Of a stretch of 64,000 bases of DNA, positions 53,500 to 64,000 are shown piece after piece (positions within the stretch are counted from its first letter, which is position 1; the number at the start of each line of letters is the position of its first letter). The notes under the pieces are model-generated. The model worked only from the letters and a program-made list of their open reading frames with translations, made no database searches and was not told the origin of the DNA. This stretch comes from the human T2T-CHM13v2.0 reference genome, Homo sapiens. A program made the translations under genes and the position numbers. The stretch lies in the NCBI RefSeq assembly GCF_009914755.1, contig NC_060930.1. The stretch is one strand, 5' to 3'.

Positions 53500-54900
53500 T
53501 TAGACTTCAACTTCCAGGGATGCAGCTGACTAGGTCCTCTAAGTCCAGAACAAAAATCCTAGAAGGAACATCCTCTGTGAGAGAGTGCTGGTCTTCCAAG
53601 AAGTAGGAGAGGTATTCAAAGATCTCTCATTTTAATGAAATATACTTTGAGTTGGGGCTATAATTATGAGAATTTGAACTATACAGAAACCATGCCAGAG
53701 ACAGAACTGTAGAAGCCAAGAAAAGTGGAAGTATCTGAGGGTGGATCTTCAGCTCTTGGGAAACTGAATGCTGGCCAGCCATGGAAAGGAAGCAGGAATC
53801 TTCAATACCTATGATGACTCAGCACTTTCAAATGGGGCTGAAATGGTATCCATGGCTACCAGCAAAAGGCAGGTCTTCATTTCCTAGTTAGGCTGACAGG
53901 ACACCCTCTAAATTAAGATGAAGCAATGAGCTCATGATAAACAATATAGAAACAAGAGACAGCAAGATACAGGAATGAGAATAATAAGTAATAAATAATT
54001 AACTGCAGATATTAGAATTGTTAGAAACAGAATTTAGAATTAGATATGAGATTTTTTTAAATTAAAAAAACAGAATCATGAAAGACTATTAGTACTGAAA
54101 ATATAACAAGAGACTTCAAGAACAAAAAGTTGTGGTTTAAAAAATTATAAACTCTGAAAGTGAAAATTATGAGTGTTTATCATTTTTAAAAAAAATCAAT
54201 TGATCATTCTAACAGATTAGACACAATAAAGAATAAGTAAACTATAAGGTATATCTAAAACATTTAACCAGAATGTAAGACAACCAAAAATATGGAAATA
54301 TGGTAGGTAATGCTAAAAAGAGATGTAGAGCATAAAATTAGAAGAAATAAAATAAAATGTCTAACCAGAATTCCAGAAACAGAGAATGGAGCAGAGGTCA
54401 TATGGAGATAATGGTGATTCTTTCCAGAACTACTGGAAATAATTCCACAGAGCAAAGAAGCAAACTGAATTCCCAGCAAGATGAATAAAGAGATATCCAT
54501 ATCTAGACATATTGTAGTGAATTTGAAGAACACTAAAAACAAATAAAATACCTTAAAAGGTTCCAAAAGAAAGAAACAGATCACTTACAAAAGAATGATA
54601 ATTAGAATGACAGCAGATTTTTCAAAGTTAACAATGAAAGCCAAAAAAACCATAGAAGAAAATCTTCAATTTACTAAGAGAAAATAATTGTCAACCTTGA
54701 GTTGTATAGTCTACAAAACTGTCCTTCAAAACAAGAGCAAAATAAAGAAGTTTGTAATTAAATAAAAACTGAAAGTTTATTACCAAGCTATCTGTACTAA
54801 AAAGACATTCAAAAATATAGTTAAGTAAATTAACTATAAAGAAGTAAATTATGCCATAATTATGTTAGAGAACAAAGTTGAAAAGTAACAAAGTAAAGGA
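53500..54900 (+). mobile_element. Old L1M 5'/ORF1 remnant
   Basis: atctagacatattgtagtgaa...attagaatgacagcagattt are ORF1 motifs. Confidence 0.6.
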
Positions 54901-55115
54901 GGAAGCATATAATGTAAATCTAAATTAATATTATCTATATAAAACAACCACAAAACAATATATACAAATTTGTAAAGCCAAAACAACGTCTTCTAAAATT
55001 ATATAATATTTGAAAAATTAACTGTTACCACAAATGTAAAACTGTATTTTATTGTAGACAACAATGCATTAAATGAGCAGATCCAGGCCCAAAGCTAACT
55101 CTCATGAATACTTAC

Positions 55116-55160
55116 CTTTTGGCCCATTAATCCTCGGTTTCCAGGAAATCCTGGGATTCC
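55116..55160 (-). CDS. COL21A1: COL21A1 exon, 45 nt, GIPGFPGNRGLMGQK
   Basis: ttttag| acceptor, |gtaagt donor, phase 0-0, Gly-X-Y. Confidence 0.95.
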
Positions 55161-58100
55161 CTAAAAACAAATAAAATAGATTTTTAACTTATAAAAAATT
55201 GAAGACTTTATCATTAAAGAAGAAACAGTCACAATTGGAATTTTAACTGGTAAATAACATATTTTCAAATGTATACATATTATAATATTGCTATTTGTAA
55301 TAATCCAATATGGAAAAGACAACTTATGAGATATAGCATTATATGAATATTACTGATATTTAGAGCTTTAAATAAAGGCTTTTTGAAAAAGAAACTATGA
55401 GGAAATTCATCTCAGTTCTTGCACCCCAACACATGAGTGATAAAATTAAAATGATGTTTCATTTGAACACATTCTTGTATTCTAATGAATCATGCAAGAA
55501 AATCTGTTAAATGATATAAGTTCTGATTTAGCGCAACAGTTCCACAAGCCCTCAGTGTCACCACCTTAGTTAAAAATTAATTTAATTAAATGATTGCCTC
55601 CCACCTGAGCCTTGAAATACCCAAGAACCTAAATATTCATATAAAAAATGGCAATCTTTTCTCTTAATAACTCCCTTACTGATGCAATCATGAAGAATAT
55701 GAAGACCACAGTTTGTGAAGAGACATAAAGAAGTACAGGTCACTCTTTCACGTGGCTGAACTCATATGCACATGTCTGTAGCAACATTCAGAAAAAATTA
55801 ATGTTAATTCTATCAAGTTAAGAATAAATTTAGCACATTTATTGCTTGCAGAAGAGTTCTATTGTCTGCCTTTTGATGCATTTACCCAACATGATCATTT
55901 ATCATGCAAAACAGTGATTGTACTAATCAATTTTTGCTTTTTATTCCATTTTCTTAGCACCTATTTTGGTGACATTTGAGCTGAAACAGTTAACAACATT
56001 TATATTTATACAAATGTATTGACACTGAAAGACAAGAAAATTGGGTCACATCTGTATGACTTTGCAAACCCTCTGCACTAGCAGGCCTTCCAAAGGAAAG
56101 CAGTACTCTTCAGTAAATCACAGCAGGTGCTAGAGCTGCCATTGACAATGAGATCAAGTGTCTTCTTCTATTGCAGGGAGAATCTGCCATTATCTTTATT
56201 TTCACACCCTGAGTTTATAAATACAACCTTTATTGATCAATGTGCTAATCGCAATTATAGGGCAAGACATAAACACATAGTTCTAGTTTTAAAATCTGAA
56301 CTCAAATCATACATTGGAATTCAGTTTGATTCTATTCAGCTCAATTCAGTTTGCCACTTCACTATACCATTTGCAGAGAACAAAAGTGGTATGTGAGCAA
56401 TGACTATCAACAAGGGACTCACAATCTAGTTGCAAAGACAGGCCTTTATAAACGTAAGTAGAGAATAATATGAAAACAATAAAAATACCTTGAAGTAACA
56501 ATATAAAACACAATCACAGTACACCTAATAAGCACTCTAAAACATAAAGTAAAAGTAAAATCACTGAGTTATGAATATAAAATGAATTGTACCTTCTTAG
56601 GCAGAAAATGTATATTCTCAATGCAATGAATTAAGATAAACATTATTCAAAATAAGGACCTCCATTTGAATGAACCGTAATTTGGTGTGAAACCACCCTG
56701 TGACCTCCTCCCATTCAAATACCCACACACGTGTGAAAATTCACTAAAAGTTGAGATCAAGTTCTGAATTTAACTAAAATACGTGTGTAAATTCTTCTCA
56801 GAAGGAAGGTGGCTATACATTGTTCTATGCTGGAAAACTGGTACAGTTCTGTCAATGTAATAACCTTGGCTCCCAGAGTCCCTAACGGGCACATGTGATT
56901 ACCGATGACAGTGTCAGACCTGAGAAGCTGAATTTCTTACTAGTCTTTAATTATTTAAAGTTTTTATCACTATTCAAGTCCCTGTGCCCTTACACAGTCT
57001 GTGATGTTAGCAGAATTAGTTACAGATATCCTGAAGACAATCCCAGTGTTAGCAAGTTCACATCCTTTCCCTGGAGAAAACAGTTATACCCAGGTTTCCA
57101 CGAACAGCACCTTGGCTTCCACCTCCTCAAAGCCCTTGAGAGCCCATTTCCCCACAGTTTACTCCTTGGATTTGATCTGACACTCTTTTATCTGAGACAC
57201 TCTAATACTGAGCTTGGTCTGTAGTAGAACATAGCCACAAATCTTACATTATTTCAATATATCTGCTATTAAGATTATTTGGGGGAGATTCCAGACTATA
57301 AAAAAATTCCTTTTCTTTTTGTTCATCCTCTCAAACTGGCCAAAAATTTACATACATTTCATAGATATGTATGTCCATGAAGTCCTAATGGATCTTCTAT
57401 GTCCAATTATGCTAAGAATTATTACTTCTTTTACAAATACCAAGTAAAAATATATAAAAACTACAGGATATCAAAAACAAAACATAGGCCTGATTTATCT
57501 AAGGAATTCTTGGCAAAACTAATATAATACCACAAGCATGCACAGAATACCAGCTTATTGAGGGAGAGGTTAACCAGGGAAACTGAAATCATTCAGAGCT
57601 ATATTAGTTAATAAAATTCTCCAAGTTAATATTTTCCTGGGCTCCCAATATGTGTATTGAAATTGACTAAACTTTGCTAATTTTAAGTTAGCAGTAATAT
57701 TATCCAAAAGCATTTGAAAGTTAACAGTTTGTTGATCGCAAAGTATTTAGTGACAATTATTTTATAGAGCAAATGTGTTTCCAAGGAGACTATTTTCTGT
57801 TTCGCTGTGGTTTTGGGTTCAGGCAACTGTGACAATGTCCAAGTAAAGACAGAAAGAAGTAAGAGTAAGTGGACATATTTCCTCTACTTCTGTGATTTCA
57901 GTTTGGGTTTGAGGAAGAGCAGAAAGTCAACCAGAAAATCCTGCATAATGTTGTGGTTAAAGAATGTTGACACAAAAAATTGTTCTAGAAGCTTCTCTGT
58001 AACCATTTAAACCACTGCTGTACAACAAACAAGTTGTTAAGAATAGAAATACATACTTTAGAATAAAGGGTTTGACTTCTATTTCCTAGAGAATACTTTG

Positions 58101-58479
58101 TAATGAAGGGAATGTGTCTATGACAATATTACTTAGAAAAGACAAAATATCACAGTATACTCCCCATATGTAATGAATGTATTTACTTATCTATGAAATT
58201 GGACCATCTTAGATCAAATTTGCTTTTAAGTAATGCAATATTTTCAATTCACTAAAAAAGATCTAAACTATTAATGGTATTTTTATGTCAAATTATCTAC
58301 CTTTCTACACAATGGTAGAGATATTTAATATCCAGTTATCAAAATATCAGAAGTATATTACATGTTTTCTTCATTATATCAAGAAGTGATTTATTCATTC
58401 TTAAAGATTCAATGAAGAAAAAATTCACATGTTGAAAGTATCATTCTCATTAACTAAAAAGATTCCAATCTGATTATCA

Positions 58480-58700
58480 GTAAAGAGCATAGTAGAAGCC
58501 ATAGGAAGCAGCTAAAAAATAGATGCTGGAGTCAGCCAGCCCATGTCCTAATAGCAGATCCACTCCAGGCCAGTTATTTAAACTGTAAAATCTCTGAATC
58601 CCAGTTTTCTTTGTCGGGAAAATAATAAAACCTATCTCATAGAGTTGGTACATTCTATCAATTAGCTTTCACAAATATTTAGCTCAGTGCTGGCATGACA
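58480..58700 (+). mobile_element. MIR
   Basis: tctctgaatcccagttttct...aataataaaacctatctcatagagttg. Confidence 0.55.
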
Positions 58701-60619
58701 ATGAACAAATTTTTATAACTGTCTCTTCACAGCTCCTCCCTGACCTTTGAAAGTTGTGAAATACTTGAAGTCAACTTTTTTCCATGTCTCTACGTTTTGT
58801 CCTCTTTCTCCATTGTAAGGCTTTTTCTTTTTTCTTTTTTTTTTTCTTATTGGCTTTCTACCTTGCCTTTCCCTACTTGCATTTCCAAAAATGTCCATTA
58901 TATGTAGGATGATGCTAGCAATCTAAAGTCCCCCACTCGGGGACGCCAACAAGTCGGCATTGCCCCCCATTCAATACCTTTCCTTTTCATGTTTGGCTGA
59001 TCTTGATTACAGAGTAATACTATCATGACTTTTGCTTTTTAAATATTTTAAATAATTCATCACTATTTGTTCATAAAAAGATGACCAAGAGTATTAAATA
59101 TATTTGTAGTTGAACCCTGCAATGTTTTTCAATTATTTTTTTTCCACAGTAACTGGCAGGCCATTATGAATGATTTACAACAGATTATTCTGTGGTAAGG
59201 TAACTATAGGGAGAAGTAACTTACACTCGCAGTTGCCAGACCTAAAAGAAACCAATATACAAGTACTTGCAATAAACCCTTGATAAGGAAATGAACAGTT
59301 TTCTATTCCCATATTATGCTGTAATTAATCTTTAAGGAAAAAAAATCTAAGAACGTTGGATGAACTTATTCACCCTGGCCTGTAGACAAGGGCCCACTTG
59401 GGACAGGACCCAAATTACCCAAAGATAAACAATTTAAGTAGAAAATACTTTAGCCAATAAATATAGGCTACTCATGTTTATAATAAAGCAGAAAGTGTCA
59501 CAAGTTTCACCTTATAGGCTACAAAAAAAGAGAACAAAGATATCATAGGAAGGAAAAGCCATTTGGAGGCCATTTTCAAGGCTACTGCAGTAACTGGCAT
59601 TTCTTTTCCACACCTAAAGGCATTTCTACATTTTTATAAACAAATAAAATAGTCTGAACAATGTTACGTTGCAAAAGCATCCTTTTCCAGGACAAGACAA
59701 AATCTCAAATTCTTAGCAAATTAAAATAACAAACCCGAAAACTCAGACAAGGACGAAGACTATCTGGAGAGGAAGGGAAAGGATTAAGAGATCTGGGACC
59801 CCTGTCACATGGTGGGAAAGTCATGTAGCCACCAGAGCCCAAAGGTCCAGGAAAACCACCTACCCCTTTATATCAGTAAGTGAAATGCATATGAAATACA
59901 TGGATGTGTTAAAAAAAACAAACAAACAAACAAGCATGTATGTATAGACATATGTAAAACTTAAAATCAATTCCATTTTGAAAGAGAAATTTCCAAAATA
60001 ATACCAGAGTTGTTCTAAAATGGGCTCTGATCCTCTGAAAGCCTGAAAAGTACCTACCACATTTTTGGGGTACATTTTTTGTTACTACATAACTCAAAAC
60101 AAATTATGGTCAATTTCTCATTAAGAAGAAAACTAAAAGTGAATTTTTCAAAGACCCTTTTTAACTTTAGAAACTTTAACTTGGTGTTGAATAGAAGTTA
60201 AAATAGAAGTTAAATCTTTTCCAGAGAAACCGGAAAATTCTACTATTTTTTTTGAATTTTATATATAATAGAGGTAATCATACCAAAATATTTTAAAGCA
60301 CCATTAACCATCCCCACCAAATAAAAAATGAAATTAGTTTGATAAAGAAAACACACTAATAAGTGAATTTTTAAACTTAATTTATACGATAAAAATAACT
60401 AGGTATTTAAAATTGTATCTAATCTAATATCTTCTATATCTTATTTATAACCTCATATTTTTGAAATGTGTATGCTATTCCATCTAAATCTCTATACTAG
60501 TTATTGCATAACACAGCCCATTGTGAATTTTATGTTTATATAATATAAATCCCATTTTCTTATAAAAATAATGAAACAATTGATAGACAAGCATTGATTA
60601 AAGTAAAAAAAATTAAATA

Positions 60620-61203
60620 TGTTTTCTATTGATTCATAACCAATGACCACATATTTAGTGCAATTAAAACAACACACATTTATTATCTTACAGTTCTGTG
60701 GGTCAGAAGTCCAGCATGGGTCTCACAGGGCTAAATTCCAAGAATCAGCAATGCTGCACCCCTTTCTGGAGACTCTCGGAAAGAATCTGCTTCCTGTGCA
60801 TTCAGGTTATTGGCAGAATTCTGTTTCTTGCAGCTGTAGGACCAAGGTAGCCATTTTCTTACTGGCTGTAAACTTGAGGTCCATTTCCAGCTTCCAGGGG
60901 CAACTACATTCCTTGGTTTACAGCCTCAAGGAATCTATCCTTCATTTTCTCTATCTTCATATGGGTCAGGTCCTTCTTCAGTCACATCTTTTTGCCCCAT
61001 TCCTGCTCTGTATTTTTCCACTTTCAATTACTCATGATCAGATTGGGCCTCCTTAGATAATCTGGAATAAAATTTCCATCTCAAGGACATTAACCTTAAT
61101 CACATCTACAAAATCTCTTTGCTGTGGAAAGTACCAGGTTCCAGGGATTAAATTATGGCTATCTTTGGGGAGAGGAGGGAGTTGTCATATTTTGCCTACC
61201 ACA
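60620..61203 (-). mobile_element. MLT1E-like MaLR LTR
   Basis: aaaacaacacacatttattatcttacagttctgtgggtcagaagtcc...ttgcctaccaca. Confidence 0.75.
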
Positions 61204-63863
61204 GAAATATTATCTAATATCTGAGGACCAGATAGTTTCTATGTAATTTAAATTCCTCCAAGGCATTAAAAGGATGATCATCTAAATTCAAATTATGAAG
61301 CTACTAATACTAAGTCAATAATAATACCTAAAAAAGAAATCTACAAGCTGATGTAATTTGTTAAAATAAATGCAAATGGACTTACTATAAGGCTAGTAAG
61401 ATAAATATAGCCGTGTGTCAGAACAAAAGTAGAGCATGGCTAAGTAGGGTTTGTCTCAGCATGCAAGAAATGTCCAATATAAAGAAATATATCCGTATAA
61501 TATACTATACTAATAACATTCCCATATTAACAATTTAGAAGAAAAACACACAAAATCATCTCAAAAGATTCATTATTAAAAATTTATCATGCAATATTTG
61601 TGAAAACTCCCAATAATCTAGGAATAGAACTAATATTTGAAACCAAAGTCTGAATCAATCAGAAACCCATTTTAAACATCAGATTTGGTGAAACACTAGA
61701 CATTTCTACTTAAATTCAGGAATAAACCATAATTTATATTTTAAACCAGTAGTCACACTTATAGGGATATATCCCTTGGGGAAAATATTGCCTAAGTATG
61801 CAGAAAAAAAATATATATATAAAAAACATTAATAAGAGAGATTAGATTGATTTATAGCTATGCTATAAATGAAATGAGATAGATTTTATATTGTCTTATA
61901 ACCTTATATGGTAAATGTTCATATTACAAAGTTAAATAAAAGTTTCAGTGGATCCAATTTGTTGTTTAAAAAAATTGTGTATGTTCTTATGTATTTGTAA
62001 AGAAAAAGTCCAGACATAATCTCATTAAATGAGTAACAATTGTTACTGCTGGGAATGGGAATGGAATTTGGGTAAGTGAAAGCAGACTCAAATTTACAAC
62101 ACAACTTCTATACTTTTTGAGTACTTAAGATAAACTAAGTAAATAAATATATGTAAGAAGTGATAAATAATGAACAAAAGGATTAGATAAAACTAATAAA
62201 ATGTAGTCAAATATACAATACATAATAATAAACAAATGAAAAGTTGGCCCACACAAATTTCTTGTCTTAAAAAGTTCTCAAAAAATGTCTAAGAGTTATT
62301 TTCCTCACATTTAAATCATTCAAGAAATTACTGTTAAACGTTGGTCTTTCAAAATAAAAAAGTAAAGATATTAAAGGTTGCGGCTATCATTTGGTAAGAG
62401 AACTAGAACAACTGGAAAGAATTATACTGCAGACTCAGAAATCAATACTGGGGAGATCTTAATACACCTCCCTGCTATGATCTCCCTGTGTAACACATTT
62501 GCTAAGTTTTCATGCCTTGGGAGTTATTCTTGCAGATAATTTTCACATATTGCTAAGTACACTGTGTTGGACAAAGGCATTCATATTGCTCAGGGAAAGA
62601 TAATGCTGTGTTTAAGGAGCACTTTCTTTCACAGGAGAGCTAGGAATTCGACATTTGGCAAAATCAGCTTTCCCAGGCACCATTTCCCCCATTTTCCCAC
62701 AGTCATAGAACTTTTCTAAAACAAAAAATGGTAATATATTAGATCTATAATTACAGATTGTTACTTTTGTCTATTACATAAAATTTTTTAAATCTGGAAA
62801 AAATAATAACCTAAAAATTTCATTAAAATTGAAGGTATAATAAAACTAATAAATTTAAGTTATCTAATTTCTATCTTTGTAAGGATTTACCTCTCTCATA
62901 TAAGCAAGTTTAGTCCTCTTCAATTGCATATAGATGTATTTTTGTTTTACAAAATAGATTTGTTCTTGTTATTTTTGTCAATAAACAAAACACAAAATAT
63001 TATAAATAAGCAAAGGAAACCGAACCCATTTGGAAATATAATTTCATATTATCATTTATGACAACATCAAAGCTTATTTAACCAGACAAATACATATTAA
63101 AGCATGTATGGTCTGAAAAATATTAAAATGTCAGAATTCTTTTCTTGTACCAATATCACTAAAACTGATTGTTCTCCTCCAGTAGGTAACTTTTGTCTTC
63201 CTACTGTGTTCATATTCCTCTTTTTGATCTACTTGTCTCAAAGTCTCTATATCAGTAGTTATTAAACTTTACATCAGACTCACATGCAGTTGCCATTAAA
63301 AATCTAGTTTCTTGGGCTTTGACCCCAAATTTTGATTTATCAGGAGCAGAATGGCCCCTAGAAAACTGAATTTTAATAGGCATTTCTAGTAATTTTGAGG
63401 TACTCTGTGGATCAGAGCTTGAGAAATAGTGTTCTTTATATATTTTTTTCAAGAGATATACAGATCATTTCCAAGAGAGTATCATTTATTTATATATAAA
63501 TATATTTATATTCATAATACAGATAATTTTCAAGATTCTCATTTACATATAGTCTCATATATTTTATATTATATATAAAAATATCTAAATTATTTATATA
63601 TAAGTGAGACTCTCCTGAAAACTATCTGTATTATAGGTATTAAGCTTGGATTGTCATCAGGGGTTTTAAATTTACGATTATCTACTAATTAAATTTTAAA
63701 ATAATCCATTTTATGCCTCTGCTTAAAAACCATTACATATACATTATTTTTCCACCAAGCTATAACCTTTGAACAAAATTCTTAACACTCTGCCTGTCAT
63801 GATTAAATGTGCTTATCTTTAATGGATTTTAGGAGTTTTAACCCACCACACGATTTTTATATA

Positions 63864-64000
63864 CAGTTGACCCTTGAACTACACAGGGGTTAGTGGTGCC
63901 AAACCATTGCACAGTTGAAAATCCACGGTTAAATTTTGACTCCCCCAAAATGTAACTATTAATAGCCTAGTTTTGGCTGAAAGCATTACCAATAACATAA
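63864..64000 (+). mobile_element. Tigger2-family DNA transposon left end
   Basis: TA followed by cagttgacccttgaac TIR, then gttgaaaatcc...ttttgactcccccaaaa. Confidence 0.8.

Larger units (their letters stand above)
34186..55160 (-). other. COL21A1: COL21A1 (collagen XXI alpha 1, FACIT) 3' portion: last 13 coding exons plus 3'UTR; gene continues beyond the right edge
   Basis: Spliced exons give a continuous Gly-X-Y frame, the NC2 segment [40 protein letters not shown] and the C-terminus [24 protein letters not shown], recognised as collagen XXI. FACIT Cys-X4-Cys motif and two COL1 imperfections (GFG, GISKEG) are present. The 3' end is estimated from the poly(A) signal. Confidence 0.95.

Noticed and set aside
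60643-61056. 137-aa ORF
   Set aside because: Lies entirely in an MLT1 LTR
55161-64000. Further COL21A1 exons
   Set aside because: No Gly-X-Y exon with AG/GT boundaries found by eye; treated as one long intron

Overview
AT-rich primate (almost certainly human) genomic DNA, with AluY/AluS, L1PA/L1M, MaLR/ERV LTRs, MIR/L2 and MER DNA transposons. The right half (about 34.2-55.2 kb, minus strand) holds the last 13 coding exons and 3'UTR of the FACIT collagen gene COL21A1, all with GT-AG boundaries and consistent phases. The most notable observation is in the apparently intergenic left half. The non-repeat islands between about 60 and 28,700 (minus strand, downstream of COL21A1 and in the same orientation) can be assembled by hand into a decayed multi-exon protein-coding gene. 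It has 16 core exons (about 4 kb, about 1,300 codons) plus 2 tentative 5' exons, mostly intact AG/GT boundaries, largely concordant intron phases and an N-terminal Ig-like exon. One exon is split by an MSTA LTR, and its frame is restored when the LTR and one TSD copy are removed. The locus runs off the left edge of the window. I do not recognise the protein; it is a candidate unitary pseudogene (lost gene). The reconstruction allows inferred frameshifts and needs homology searches to confirm. Repeat family names come from recalled consensus sequences, and their boundaries are approximate unless a TSD is given.
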